Notes: generated from the sequence alone by a model not told the origin. A DNA stretch of 64,000 bases from an uncultured Mycoplasmatota bacterium (GCA_946497145.1 CAMMJA010000002.1:4332-68331); one strand, 5' to 3'. Counted from the first letter of the stretch, positions 32,290 through 42,767 are shown. Numbers and translations are program-made.

Positions 32290-33648
32290 TTATTTTTCAA
32301 CAATACGAATTTTAACTTTTTTGGTCTTTGGTGTGTAAGTCAGGCGAAGATCATTTCCTTCTACTTGAACTTCCACTTCGTATTCACCAACACCATAATC
32401 TTTCAAGTCAATAAACGCTTTAATCGTCGAAACATCTAAAGCATCAATAACACTTTGACTTCCATTTACGATGACATCGATCATACTATCGTTTTCTGTC
32501 AAGGCCTGTACTTTCAAATTGCTATCTAAGTTTTCTGTACTAATGTTGATATCTGTAAATTCTTTAGTAGATAATGTATCAACAGTAAGTTTTACGACGA
32601 TCGTCTTTGTACTAATATCGCGAATACCTTTTGGCTTGTCAATATTGATATGGAATTCTTTGTCTTCCTCTAAACCTTGGACATCAATTTCTACTGGAAT
32701 GTATTCTAGTGCATTAACCGTTTCCTCATCACCATAAACAACGACACTTGAAACATTGGTTGTCAATGATTTAATGGACTTACCAAAGGCAAGTTCTCCT
32801 TGCGGAACTACTTTGATTGGAACTTCTTTGTTTGGTGATGTAATCACAATCTTCGCTTCAACCGTACCTGGTACAATTTCTACATCGACTACTTTTCCTT
32901 CTGTATCATATGCTACAAGTGGCACATCTTTTAATGTTAATTCCCCGGCTTTTGGATTGCTGATATTATTAACATCAACCAATGCTTTGACGGTTGCTAC
33001 CTGTTTTAACTTATAATCAGCACCTTTAATAATCGCATCTGTACGATCTAGTTCAACACTCTTAATATAAAGTTTAGAATCCAAACTATCTCGATGTAAA
33101 ACATCAACATCCAACGTTCTCGTCTCTGAAACTTTCTCATAAATCGTAATGGACGCCGTAGATGGATCCAACTTATAATCTAAAGACGTAATTTGTTGCG
33201 AATACTTTAAATCAACTTGATGATGACCTGGTTTCAATCCCGTAAGATCGACAGAAACTGATTTATCCGGTGCTTGTTTGGCTAAGAAAATATGTCTTTT
33301 CTTACCAATCAGCGTAATATCCACCGTTTCTGGAAGTCCTTCTACTACGTACGCTTCTTCGTTGTAAATCGCTGTTACTTTCTGATTGTACAACACTTCT
33401 GCATATTGATCCACCAACATGTTCGACTCATTATCGATGATAAAAAACACTGCAAAAGCAAAAATTAACGACAATACAATCAAACTTTGTTTTTTACTGA
33501 TAAACTTTTCAATTCCTCTTCCGTTGTTATGGAAGAAATCCGTTATCTTTAAAATACCTTTGGTAATTGGTGTAATCAACCACTTGTCAAAGAACGAAAG
33601 TATACTTTGAAATATCTTAATTATTTTCTTCATATATCTCTTCCTCAT
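32290..33648 (-). CDS. cdaR: YbbR-domain protein (CdaR-like regulator of CdaA)
   Basis: N-terminal TM plus repeated YbbR-like beta domains. Overlaps the cdaA end. Confidence 0.82.
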   Translation of the reverse strand: MRKRYMKKIIKIFQSILSFFDKWLITPITKGILKITDFFHNNGRGIEKFISKKQSLIVLSLIFAFAVFFIIDNESNMLVDQYAEVLYNQKVTAIYNEEAYVVEGLPETVDITLIGKKRHIFLAKQAPDKSVSVDLTGLKPGHHQVDLKYSQQITSLDYKLDPSTASITIYEKVSETRTLDVDVLHRDSLDSKLYIKSVELDRTDAIIKGADYKLKQVATVKALVDVNNISNPKAGELTLKDVPLVAYDTEGKVVDVEIVPGTVEAKIVITSPNKEVPIKVVPQGELAFGKSIKSLTTNVSSVVVYGDEETVNALEYIPVEIDVQGLEEDKEFHINIDKPKGIRDISTKTIVVKLTVDTLSTKEFTDINISTENLDSNLKVQALTENDSMIDVIVNGSQSVIDALDVSTIKAFIDLKDYGVGEYEVEVQVEGNDLRLTYTPKTKKVKIRIVEK

Positions 33649-34447
33649 CTATTTCATCTTCAAAATCGCTATCTTGTTTTGGTCGTAATTCATCAATTAA
33701 CATCATTCTAACGTCATCTAATGACAAGTTGTAGAACAATTCTCCCTTAACAGCAATGGAAATGCGTCCAGTTTCTTCTGATACCACCAAAGCAATCGCA
33801 TCCGATTCTTCCGCAATACCAAGGGCAGCACGATGACGTGTTCCCAAACGTCGATTGGCTTTTGCATTGTTGCTAGTTGGAAATACAGCCCCAGCACAAG
33901 TAATTCGATCGCCTTGAATGATCACACCTCCATCGTGAAGAGGATTTTTAGGAAAGAAGATAGAAATTAACAATTCACTAGATAAATCAGCATATAACTT
34001 CTTGGCTTTTTCAATATAATTGTTTAAACTTACATCACGTTCAATGACAATCAACGCACCAATTCTCGTTTTGCGTAAATAATCCATGGCTTGTACGATT
34101 TCATATACCAATCGCTCACGTTCATCAACAGTCAACACTTTGTGACGACCAAGCAACTGACTACGTCCCAGTTGCTCCAAAATCGAACGAATTTCGGGTT
34201 GAAAAATAATAATCAAAGCAAGTGGTCCCCACATGATGACATATTCTAACAGCAAACCAATTGTCACAAACCCAAACCAGTCACTTACCAATTTTAACAA
34301 TATAACAATTGCAACTCCCTTAAACAAAAGAGTCAGTTTTACATTATTACGAATATTTTTTAAAATATAGTAGAAAATTAACCAAACGAGCGATACGTCG
34401 ATCAATTTTTGAATAATCGAAATTACAGAACTTAAAGTTATGGTCAT
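33617..34447 (-). CDS. cdaA: diadenylate cyclase CdaA
   Basis: Three N-terminal TMs. DAC-domain motifs LHDGGVII and GTRHRAALG. Confidence 0.93.
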   Translation of the reverse strand: MTITLSSVISIIQKLIDVSLVWLIFYYILKNIRNNVKLTLLFKGVAIVILLKLVSDWFGFVTIGLLLEYVIMWGPLALIIIFQPEIRSILEQLGRSQLLGRHKVLTVDERERLVYEIVQAMDYLRKTRIGALIVIERDVSLNNYIEKAKKLYADLSSELLISIFFPKNPLHDGGVIIQGDRITCAGAVFPTSNNAKANRRLGTRHRAALGIAEESDAIALVVSEETGRISIAVKGELFYNLSLDDVRMMLIDELRPKQDSDFEDEIDEEEIYEENN

Positions 34448-34519
34448 ATCATATCTCCTTCAAATTTAAACTTGCATACTTATTAGTATATCAAAAAAAT
34501 AACATCATGGCAAATTACT

Positions 34520-35005
34520 TTATAAAACATCTGACTGATCAACACTTGGACTTGCTGGTGTAATTTCCGGAATAACTGGACTACTTGTAGTTGGTGTTAC
34601 AGGAGTATTTTGCACAGGTGGTGCTTGATTTACCACAGGCCTTACTTGACTAACTGGTGGTGGAGCCACAGTTGACGGTTGCATAACAGTAGCAGATACA
34701 TTAGGACTAGATACCCCTACCCTCATTTGTGGAGCCGAACTAGGTGATGCGGTTACATTCTGCGGTTGCGCTACACTTGGCTGTACCTGTGCCTGCACCT
34801 GTGGTGTTACCGGCTCTTTTACAGGTGATGTTTCCATATTAGTGTTTGCCTTCGCATATTGTTCCATTTTTTTCTTGCGTATAATTGATCTTTCAGCCAA
34901 AAAACCAATACACGCAAAAAATAGGATCACCGCTATTATCACAACGATAATATAAGTAGTTCCACTCAATGTCTCTGTAAAAAACGTTAGTACTTTTTCC
35001 ATCAC
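34520..35005 (-). CDS. membrane-anchored proline/valine-rich protein
   Basis: One TM followed by a low-complexity P/V/Q/S-rich tail. Confidence 0.55.
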   Translation of the reverse strand: MMEKVLTFFTETLSGTTYIIVVIIAVILFFACIGFLAERSIIRKKKMEQYAKANTNMETSPVKEPVTPQVQAQVQPSVAQPQNVTASPSSAPQMRVGVSSPNVSATVMQPSTVAPPPVSQVRPVVNQAPPVQNTPVTPTTSSPVIPEITPASPSVDQSDVL

Positions 35006-35100
35006 AACACCTTCTATTCTATGCTACTATCATAACATTTTCACCACTAGATTTCAATAAAATTTTATGTAAATATATCTCACACACTTTCTTACATCAT

Positions 35101-35946
35101 TTATAAAAGACAATACTTGATTATTTTCAATACCGTTTCTACGATAAACATAATCGGCAAAATTTGGAAAACGCCATAGCAGAAATATTTCACCATCTTT
35201 TTATTCTTAAAAGTGGTAAAAAACAACTTTCTAATTTTACTTATCATATCAAAGCGTGTAATAAAAATAGTAAATAATATTACACCCAATAAATTCAATA
35301 GAATATCATCTATATCAAATGAGCCAACCCAAGTAATTTCTTGCAACAATTCAATGATCAAAACCATAGGAGCAATAGCCAATAATTGTTTTCCAATATG
35401 ATCATATTTTTTGTTTTTAAGCATTAACAAAAAAGACAATGGAACTAACATAACAATATTTCCAAAAATATTATATATAATACTTCTTAGGGAAGCATGA
35501 TTGGTAAAATATAACGATATGGTATGAAAGGGAATAAAAGAATCACGATAAATACTAAAAATTCTCTTAAAATCAAAAGATAAACTTGGTCTGCCAATGA
35601 AAAAAGTAATACTAATCAATAAAAGTATATATAAACCTATATAAATATCGATATTGCGTCTATAAGTTTTTTCATGATCGTCAATCAAACCAAAACTAAA
35701 GCATAAAAAAGACAAAGAAAGTATTAATATAACGGCTTTCATCGAACTCATACTATATCGAAAAAGAGGATTGGCAATCGATAAAACAAAAAGGAACAGC
35801 AATACGGTCAAACCAACTAAAAATTCAGTGTAAATTTTAAGTTTATTATGCTGCTTCTTGATTAGTTGAAAAACACAATAAACAAATAGTAGCAAAACTC
35901 CTAAGCACAAAAAATAAAAATTCATCTTTTTCTTCCTTTCATACAA
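35101..35946 (-). CDS. VanZ-like polytopic membrane protein
   Basis: A C-terminal VanZ-like segment (NIFGNIVMLVPLSFLL...DIDDILLNLLGVILF) follows additional N-terminal TMs. Confidence 0.68.
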   Translation of the reverse strand: MYERKKKMNFYFLCLGVLLLFVYCVFQLIKKQHNKLKIYTEFLVGLTVLLFLFVLSIANPLFRYSMSSMKAVILILSLSFLCFSFGLIDDHEKTYRRNIDIYIGLYILLLISITFFIGRPSLSFDFKRIFSIYRDSFIPFHTISLYFTNHASLRSIIYNIFGNIVMLVPLSFLLMLKNKKYDHIGKQLLAIAPMVLIIELLQEITWVGSFDIDDILLNLLGVILFTIFITRFDMISKIRKLFFTTFKNKKMVKYFCYGVFQILPIMFIVETVLKIIKYCLL

Positions 35947-36041
35947 TCATTACTTCTATCGATTATTATAACACAATAAAACACCAACATTTCTGTTAGT
36001 GTTATCATTTCACGAAAATAAATTTCGAGTAATAATCAAAC

Positions 36042-36117
36042 TGGTGCTGGAAACAAGACTTGAACTTGCGACCTATCGCTTACGAGACGATTGCTCTACC
36101 GACTGAGCTATTCCAGC
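36042..36117 (-). tRNA. tRNA-Thr (CGU)
   Basis: Minus sense GCTGGAATAGCTCAGTCGGTAGAGC...CT-CGT-AA...GGTCGCAAGTTCAAGTCTTGTTTCCAGCACCA. Confidence 0.9.
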
Positions 36118-36171
36118 AATAATAATTTCACCAATGTAAAATTATTATACCATATTTTTTTATTTTCGCAA

Positions 36172-36783
36172 TTATTTTATTACATTATTAAAAATTTGAC
36201 TTGCATTTGTAAAATCTGCGATCATCTTAAAATTATCAAGATACAATCCCTTTTCATTTTTATAGTTCAAATAATAAGCATGCTCCCACATATCAATATT
36301 AAAAAGTGGAACATATCCCAAAGATAGTGGTGTATCTTGATTTGCTACATTGATAACATCTAACACACCATTGTTTTTCAATACCAAGAAAGTATAACCA
36401 GATCCCTTCAATTTCATAGCGTGCTCTTTCAATACATTCCAAAACTGATCATAACTACCAAATGTTGCTTCCAAATGATTTTTTAAAGCACCCATAGGTT
36501 TCTGCCCTTGTTTAGGATTCATACTCTTCCAATACAAATTGTGATTTAAAACCCCACCTAAATTATATCGAATATCTTCTTGATCTTCGATCGGAAATTC
36601 GTTAATATGATAAAGCAATTCCCCCAAACTATAACGATAGTCATAATGATTTTTTTGAAGCAATGCATTTAATTGATTCAAATAATTTTGCTCATGCTTA
36701 TGATAGTGTAACCCCATAGTATGTGTATCAATATAGGGCTCTAAATCTTGAAATAAATAAGGTAATGTTGGTAATTGATACAT
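36172..36783 (-). CDS. sodA: Fe/Mn superoxide dismutase
   Basis: HYHKHEQNY and DMWEHAYY metal-ligand motifs. Confidence 0.93.
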   Translation of the reverse strand: MYQLPTLPYLFQDLEPYIDTHTMGLHYHKHEQNYLNQLNALLQKNHYDYRYSLGELLYHINEFPIEDQEDIRYNLGGVLNHNLYWKSMNPKQGQKPMGALKNHLEATFGSYDQFWNVLKEHAMKLKGSGYTFLVLKNNGVLDVINVANQDTPLSLGYVPLFNIDMWEHAYYLNYKNEKGLYLDNFKMIADFTNASQIFNNVIK

Positions 36784-36822
36784 AATATTCCTCCCTTATC
36801 ATGTTATGACAAAGAGAAAAGA

Positions 36823-37770
36823 TTATGATTTCTTAGTCATTCCCTTCTTGGCTTTACGAAGACCATAGACAAGGGCCTTCTGAACCCCAACCGTTTGAAT
36901 CCCTTTCCATATTTGTTTTAAATTTTCTTTCTTGCTAGCAGCAATAAAATATTGTTCAAGCGCTTCCGTAACTTCTAAAGAACTATTCTCATCTAACGTA
37001 TAACTTTCTAACAACTTTTGTATGTCCAAAGGCAAAATAGAAAAATCTTTTTGAATCTGTTCATAATTTACCCCAAACGAAGAAGACATCCCACGTTGAT
37101 AATAGTTGTAATTCACTTCTTCATAATCTTGATAGAAATATTCCAATTGTCCATCGACAATATTTTTAATTTTATTAGGATCTTCACAATGCAATTTCAT
37201 ACGCAAATCCCCCAAATAAGAAAAGGAACAAATACGCATCATCAAATCGTATAAATTATGTTTCTCTTTGGGTAACATCAATAATGCCTCCATCAATGTT
37301 TTTTGGTGTTCATAGACCAAAGCCCGGTAAATTTCATCGTCCCTACATTGTACAAGTTCCACCACTTTTTGAAGACGAAAAGGTACAAAAAGAGACTTGT
37401 TTTCATAAATAGATTTTAAAAATTGTTGCTTAGAAATAAAGCCCCGTTTGATCGTCTCTCCTTGAAAAGAATCGTTCGTAAAATAGACGATCGGAGCACC
37501 TCTTTCTAACTGTTTTAAGGAAGCATTTCGAAAAAAGCGCAACGTAGATGGAGTAAAATTTTCAGGGTGTTGAATCATATGTTCCACAATCGTTTCTTCC
37601 AAATCGTCTACTACTTCAATCAAATCAATTTGTTTTTTATCTTTACAACTACTGTTCTGTTGAGGAATGGCACCAGAGCCGTAAGCAATAGTAGCCAAAA
37701 CTGTAGGATGACAATTTTCATATTCTAAAATCAAGTTTCTCTTTTCAACAGGCATTCTCCCTTGAAACAT
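36823..37770 (-). CDS. Tam41/Mmp37-like protein (mitochondrial-type phosphatidate cytidylyltransferase family)
   Basis: AYGSGAIPQQ...IDLIEVVDD...HPENF resembles the Tam41 N-terminal nucleotidyltransferase region, recognised from memory. Confidence 0.6.
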   Translation of the reverse strand: MFQGRMPVEKRNLILEYENCHPTVLATIAYGSGAIPQQNSSCKDKKQIDLIEVVDDLEETIVEHMIQHPENFTPSTLRFFRNASLKQLERGAPIVYFTNDSFQGETIKRGFISKQQFLKSIYENKSLFVPFRLQKVVELVQCRDDEIYRALVYEHQKTLMEALLMLPKEKHNLYDLMMRICSFSYLGDLRMKLHCEDPNKIKNIVDGQLEYFYQDYEEVNYNYYQRGMSSSFGVNYEQIQKDFSILPLDIQKLLESYTLDENSSLEVTEALEQYFIAASKKENLKQIWKGIQTVGVQKALVYGLRKAKKGMTKKS

Positions 37771-37960
37771 TTTAACACCCCCATATTTATTATTATAACA
37801 TACGCTAGTTTGGTAAAAAATAATATTGACACTTTTATAACAGATGAAGCAAAATTTTACTAATTAGTATACTCAACTTATCGTTGAGTTGCATTCAACT
37901 GCTTCTCTCTTGTTTTTTCAAATGATCCACGCTAAAATAATATTAGAAAGAAGGAAGTAT

Positions 37961-38662
37961 ATGAAAAAAAACAAAGCAAATACTATTTATAAAATAACAA
38001 TTGTGATACTAGCAATTGCACTAACAGGAAGTATAATATGGAATATTACAACGTTGCAAAGTAAAGAAAAGAAACTACCTACACCAGAAGTATCAGAAGG
38101 ACTCAGAGGAACCTTTGGAATCGATAAAAATATCAACGAAGCAACCATTGATGATTATCTTAACCGTGAAGATTCCGTTTATCGCGACATGCGTATGTTG
38201 AAAGATCCGGGCAATTACGAAGCCATTGGAGGAGATTCTTACCTTTCTGGCTTTATCAAGGGCTTTGAAGTAATTCCATACCCTTTATTAGTCAATGTTA
38301 CAGGTCTTCCTGAAGAAGTGGGACAGACCTATACAGGAGAAACACTATTTACACAGACAGAAGACGGATCTTATCAAGCAAATTACGAGGAATCTTTAGA
38401 AATTTTAGAATACTATTTTCCGAAAGACAAAAACATCTTTTTAATGTGTGGCGGCGGTGGTTATGCCGGTATGACCAAAGACATGCTTGTATCTTTGGGC
38501 TGGGATGAAAATAAAATTTACAATGTTGGTGGCTATTGGTACTATGAAGGAACAAACCAAATAATCGTTAAAAACACTTCAAGAGAAGAAGTATCCTACG
38601 ATTTTTGGAAAGTACCATATCATAACATTGACTTTACTATTTTACACAAGGTGAACGCATGA
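37961..38662 (+). CDS. membrane-anchored rhodanese-like domain protein
   Basis: TM anchor. Rhodanese-like layout ending in IFLMCGGGGYAG...VGGYWYY. The active-site loop lacks the usual Arg. Confidence 0.55.
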   Translation: MKKNKANTIYKITIVILAIALTGSIIWNITTLQSKEKKLPTPEVSEGLRGTFGIDKNINEATIDDYLNREDSVYRDMRMLKDPGNYEAIGGDSYLSGFIKGFEVIPYPLLVNVTGLPEEVGQTYTGETLFTQTEDGSYQANYEESLEILEYYFPKDKNIFLMCGGGGYAGMTKDMLVSLGWDENKIYNVGGYWYYEGTNQIIVKNTSREEVSYDFWKVPYHNIDFTILHKVNA

Positions 38663-39135
38663 AACATAAGCCATTCCTTTTTCTATTCATTTTACTAATC
38701 ATTATTATTGTATCTTTCTTCTTTATTGTTCCAAAATTTATCAACAAACAAATCGATCCCTTTTATTTAGAGGAAGAATATTATAACTCAAGTTCTTTAG
38801 AGGAAATTGACATCGATTCGTTAAAAACCATGCTCGATGAGAAAAAAAATTTTGCTGTGTTTGTTTACCAACCTATGTGTGTCACGTCACAAGAATTTAA
38901 CGATGTACTAAATGAATTTCAACAAAAACACCAAATAACCTTTTATAAGATATCCTTTTCTGCTCTAACCAAAGCCAATATGGCTGATCCAATCAAATAC
39001 TATCCATCCTTTATTATTTATAAAGAAGGAAAATCAGTTGATTTTCTAGAAGCCGATAAAGAAGAGGATACCAAGTATTATCAAAACGTCGAGGACTTCG
39101 AAGATTGGTTCATGCAATATGTATTACTAAAATAA
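38659..39135 (+). CDS. membrane-anchored thioredoxin-fold protein (CxxS)
   Basis: ATGA overlap with the upstream gene. FAVFVYQPMCVTSQEF...YPSFIIYKEGK resembles a thioredoxin fold with a CVTS motif. Confidence 0.55.
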   Translation: MKHKPFLFLFILLIIIIVSFFFIVPKFINKQIDPFYLEEEYYNSSSLEEIDIDSLKTMLDEKKNFAVFVYQPMCVTSQEFNDVLNEFQQKHQITFYKISFSALTKANMADPIKYYPSFIIYKEGKSVDFLEADKEEDTKYYQNVEDFEDWFMQYVLLK

Positions 39136-39170
39136 ATCAAGATTATCAAATGGATAATCTTTTTTTATAC

Positions 39171-39208
39171 TTGACATTCTGTTATAACTGTTATAATATA
39201 ATTATAAC
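39171..39208 (+). promoter_or_regulatory. promoter with repeated GTTATAAC-type operator half-sites
   Basis: TTGACA at 39171-39176 and TATAAT at 39192-39197 (a short 15-nt spacer). Repeats GTTATAAC, GTTATAAT and ATTATAAC overlap the promoter. Confidence 0.5.
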
Positions 39209-39223
39209 AAGAGAGGCGATTTT

Positions 39224-39604
39224 ATGAACATCATTATTAGTAACAACAGTGATATTCCTATTTTTAAGCAATTAAAAAACGAAATAAAAGAGATTATCTT
39301 CCATAATGAATTGCAAGAACAAGATCCTCTTCCCTCTGTTAGAGTCCTAGCCAACGATTTAAAAATCAGTTTCTTAACTGTCAAAAGGGCTTACGACGAA
39401 CTAGAAGAAGAGGGCTTCATTCGAACCATTCCTGGGAAAGGTAGTTTTGTTGCTCCCAAAAACTTAAATTTAATCAAAGAAGAAAAATTAAAAGAAATTC
39501 AACAATTGATAGAAACCATTTACGACATTTCCAAAATATCCAACATTTCTAATCAAGAAATAAAGGAATTGTTTGAAATTATCTTTGAGGAGGAAAACAA
39601 ATGA
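39224..39604 (+). CDS. GntR-family (YtrA-subfamily) transcriptional regulator
   Basis: LPSVRVLANDLKISFLTVKRAYDELEEEGFI wHTH with a short C-terminus. Confidence 0.9.
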   Translation: MNIIISNNSDIPIFKQLKNEIKEIIFHNELQEQDPLPSVRVLANDLKISFLTVKRAYDELEEEGFIRTIPGKGSFVAPKNLNLIKEEKLKEIQQLIETIYDISKISNISNQEIKELFEIIFEEENK

Positions 39605-40461
39605 CAAATGCGATTGATTTAAAAAAAGTATCAAAATATTATCCGGATTTCAAGTTACAAAATATTAACTTTTCGGTTCCAAAAGGTGCGATCGTCGGTT
39701 TAATTGGCGAAAACGGCGCTGGAAAAACAACCACCATCAAATCCATTTTAAATATAATCAAAATAGAAGGTAACATTACTGTTTTAGGGAAAGATCACAA
39801 AGACAAAGAAAAGGAAATCAAACAAGAATTAGGCGTTGTTCTAGATGATAGTTTCTTATCCGAATATTTGACGGCCAAAGCAATCAATTCTATTATGAAA
39901 AAATTTTATCATAATTGGAAGGAAGATCAATACTATTCTTACTTGAAAAAATTTAAAATCCCACTACATAAGTTGATCAAAGATTTCTCTAGTGGTATGA
40001 AGATGAAATTAAAAATTATAACTGCCATCTCACATCAACCCCAAATTTTAATACTCGACGAACCAACCAGTGGCCTAGACCCGATTGTCCGAAATGAAAT
40101 CTTAGAAATGTTTAGAACGTATATTTTAGAAGATGAAACCCGTTCTATTTTGATCTCTTCTCACATTACAACCGATTTAGAACAAATTGCTGATTATATT
40201 GTTTTTATTCATGAAGGAAAAATTTTATTTGATCTTCCAACCTCACAATTACTCGAAAATTACGGAATCATAAAATGTAAAGAACAAGATTTTCATATGA
40301 TAGAAAAAAACGATTACCTTCATTACAAAAAAGAAAAGTATCAATATGAAGTGTTAGTAGACAATAAATATGAAATACAAAAAAAGTATAAACTCAAAAC
40401 AATCGATAAACCAACCATTGAAGAAATCATGTTGTTTTATGTGAAAGGAGAAAAAGAATGA
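39601..40461 (+). CDS. ABC transporter ATP-binding protein
   Basis: Walker A GENGAGKTT, signature SSGMKMK, Walker B ILILDEP. Confidence 0.92.
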   Translation: MTNAIDLKKVSKYYPDFKLQNINFSVPKGAIVGLIGENGAGKTTTIKSILNIIKIEGNITVLGKDHKDKEKEIKQELGVVLDDSFLSEYLTAKAINSIMKKFYHNWKEDQYYSYLKKFKIPLHKLIKDFSSGMKMKLKIITAISHQPQILILDEPTSGLDPIVRNEILEMFRTYILEDETRSILISSHITTDLEQIADYIVFIHEGKILFDLPTSQLLENYGIIKCKEQDFHMIEKNDYLHYKKEKYQYEVLVDNKYEIQKKYKLKTIDKPTIEEIMLFYVKGEKE

Positions 40462-41129
40462 AAGGTCTAATTAAAAAAGATTTACTCAATCTAGCAAGTT
40501 ATAAAACCACCCTGTTGATCCTTATTATCTTCTGTTCCATCGGCATTATCGGAACAGAATCGGTTACCATTGCTCCCATCGTAATTGCAACTATCATAGG
40601 TATGATTGCACTTTCTACCTTTAATTACGACGAATCATCAAAAGCCGATAAATTCATTCTAACTCTTCCTTTGACCAGAAAAGAAATTGTCACATCTAAA
40701 TACGTTTTAGCAATTGGATCTATCATTATAGGAGGCCTATTTGGAATTATTCTTACGATAATTCTAACAAATTTTATAAACATCATAAGACCAAATGACT
40801 TGATAACTATCGATTATAAAAGTTTATGCATTACAACATTATGTGGCATGTTTGGCATTGCGCTCATTCAATCAATCCAAATACCAAGCATTTATAAGTG
40901 GGGTGCTGAAAAAGGAAGAATTCAGATGTTTATCTTACTGTTTATCATTATTCTTGCTATTTTAGGAATTTCTTTTTTCTTTACCAAATTTGGTTTTCAA
41001 ATAGAAGAACAACAAATTGAATCTTTTCTAAATCAATTTGGAGTTTGGATCATAAGTATTTTAATGCTTCTAATGTATCTGATCTCTTATCATATTTCAT
41101 ATAAAATTTTTTCGAAAAAAGATTATTAA
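40458..41129 (+). CDS. ABC-2-type permease
   Basis: Six TMs. Translationally coupled to the ATPase gene. Confidence 0.75.
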   Translation: MKGLIKKDLLNLASYKTTLLILIIFCSIGIIGTESVTIAPIVIATIIGMIALSTFNYDESSKADKFILTLPLTRKEIVTSKYVLAIGSIIIGGLFGIILTIILTNFINIIRPNDLITIDYKSLCITTLCGMFGIALIQSIQIPSIYKWGAEKGRIQMFILLFIIILAILGISFFFTKFGFQIEEQQIESFLNQFGVWIISILMLLMYLISYHISYKIFSKKDY

Positions 41130-41230
41130 AAAGTATGTTTCTTGAGATATGTTCACAGAAACATACTTTTTTAGACAAAAAAACTAATATCTGTTTTTAT
41201 ATTTCTGTTTGGCAATAAGTGTATATCGAT

Positions 41231-41467
41231 TTATAAAATCACCTTTGGCTTGTGTATAAGCATCTCGATCATGTTATATTTTATTGGTTTTAAAAATGAA
41301 AAAGTCCTCTCCTTTTCCTCCAAATACCAAATATTCCAATCGTCATTATGACTAGTTAAATAAATGGGAAACAGTTGCCACAATTCTTGTAATGACAAAT
41401 TGGCATGTGCAAAAAATAGAATATTTGTTAAAATAAAATAGAAGGTAGGTAGTAGTATGAAGTACAA
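41231..41467 (-). pseudogene. possible GrpB-family gene fragment
   Basis: LQELWQLFPIYLTSHNDDWNIWYLEEKE resembles a GrpB N-terminus. Truncated after about 78 codons, with no credible native start. Overlaps the neighbouring gene start. Confidence 0.3.
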
Positions 41468-42086
41468 AGATTATTTAAACAAGGATCATAATTTTGATAA
41501 AAGCACGATGTTAGGTATATGTTGCTTAATTGTAGTAATAGCAGGAATGTTCGGCTGGCTGTATGAATTTATATTTTACTATTTTAATAGTGGAATGAAA
41601 GAATTTTATTGGCGTGGTGGAAACTTTCTACCTTGGATCAATATCTACGCCATAGGCGCAGTAATCATTTATCTTTTCACTTACAAAAAAAGAAAAAATC
41701 CTCTCTTTGTATTCTCTATTAGCGTCATTGCAAGTGGGATATTAGAATACATAGGGGGATGGTTCATGGAACACATCATGCATATAAAATGTTGGGACTA
41801 TTCGAAAGAGATCTTAAGTTTTGGTAATATTGATGGATACGTTTGTTTAAGAAGCGTCTTAATATTTGGACTATCTAGTTTGTTGCTTATGTATGTCATT
41901 GTTCCATTGTGTTTTAAACTTGCGAAAAAGATGAAAAAGAAACACTTTTTAATATTAAGTTATACGATTTGTGCAATCTTCTTACTCGATGAATTTTATA
42001 ATCTAATACTTGCACGTATTTTATCTTTACCTAGAGCATCCGAAATATATAAACAATTAGGATTTTCTTATCAATACTTTACATAG
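41457..42086 (+). CDS. polytopic membrane protein (DUF1113 / putative ABC-transporter type IV family)
   Basis: Five to six TMs. GWLYEFIFYYF and CWDYS motifs are reminiscent of this family. Confidence 0.65.
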   Translation: MKYKDYLNKDHNFDKSTMLGICCLIVVIAGMFGWLYEFIFYYFNSGMKEFYWRGGNFLPWINIYAIGAVIIYLFTYKKRKNPLFVFSISVIASGILEYIGGWFMEHIMHIKCWDYSKEILSFGNIDGYVCLRSVLIFGLSSLLLMYVIVPLCFKLAKKMKKKHFLILSYTICAIFLLDEFYNLILARILSLPRASEIYKQLGFSYQYFT

Positions 42087-42095
42087 TTTTTAAAT

Positions 42096-42767
42096 TTATT
42101 TCTCTAAAGATAATTCATAACTACGATCTATCAATTGATAAATTTTCTCTATCTTCACTGTATCATCTAGTTTTATGGTAATCCAACTATGTTTGTTCAT
42201 ATGGTATCCTGTAAAGATTTGTTCATGATCTACTATTTCCGTTATATGCTCTTTTGGATATCTCAAATCAATGATTTCAACAGTGTCATCAGATTCTATT
42301 CCTAATTTACTTTTGGGTATTACAAGCAACACACCATACCACTTATTATTACTCTTATTTCTCCAAATTGCATTATTCGGAAATTTCTTCCACAAATATT
42401 CTAAATCATCATTGTACTTTTCTTTCACATATTGAATGACTTTTTTCGCCTGATTACTTCTAAATACATCAATTATCGTACATGTTTCAATAATATCATG
42501 CAAAATAGTTTCGTATTCTTCTTTTATTTTACTAACAAAATCTCCTTTTGCATCTTCAATATCGGCAAGTATATACTCATCTTTCGTTGCTAGATCCAAC
42601 ACTTTAGATATCTGTTTTATTTTTGATATTTCTATTATAACTCTAAAATTATTCTCAACAATATCTTTTTCAAAAACATAGACATTCTTTTTGGATACAA
42701 AACCATATTTTAACAACTTATCATACTCTATTTTTCTGTTTTCAAACACTTTTTTAAGATTACGCAT
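42096..42767 (-). CDS. MmcQ/YjbR-family DNA-binding protein with an N-terminal extension
   Basis: The C-terminal region WRNKSNNKWYGVLLVI...GYHMNKHSWITIKLD is typical of YjbR. Confidence 0.78.
   Translation of the reverse strand: MRNLKKVFENRKIEYDKLLKYGFVSKKNVYVFEKDIVENNFRVIIEISKIKQISKVLDLATKDEYILADIEDAKGDFVSKIKEEYETILHDIIETCTIIDVFRSNQAKKVIQYVKEKYNDDLEYLWKKFPNNAIWRNKSNNKWYGVLLVIPKSKLGIESDDTVEIIDLRYPKEHITEIVDHEQIFTGYHMNKHSWITIKLDDTVKIEKIYQLIDRSYELSLEK

Noticed and set aside
39224-39604. Host-wide reassignment of AGG (for example to Met, as reported for some uncultivated Bacilli) as the cause of the AGG start sites.
   Set aside because: The single AGG in the GntR regulator falls at the conserved basic position of the recognition helix (TVKRAY, K or R in YtrA-type proteins), which supports AGG as Arg in the host. 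This rests on very few informative codons.
41231-41467. ORF 41231..41467 as a functional gene.
   Set aside because: Only a short stretch resembles a GrpB N-terminus. The frame stops after about 78 codons, its predicted N-terminus is not native-looking, and it overlaps the start of the convergently annotated neighbour. It is kept only as a low-confidence pseudogene.
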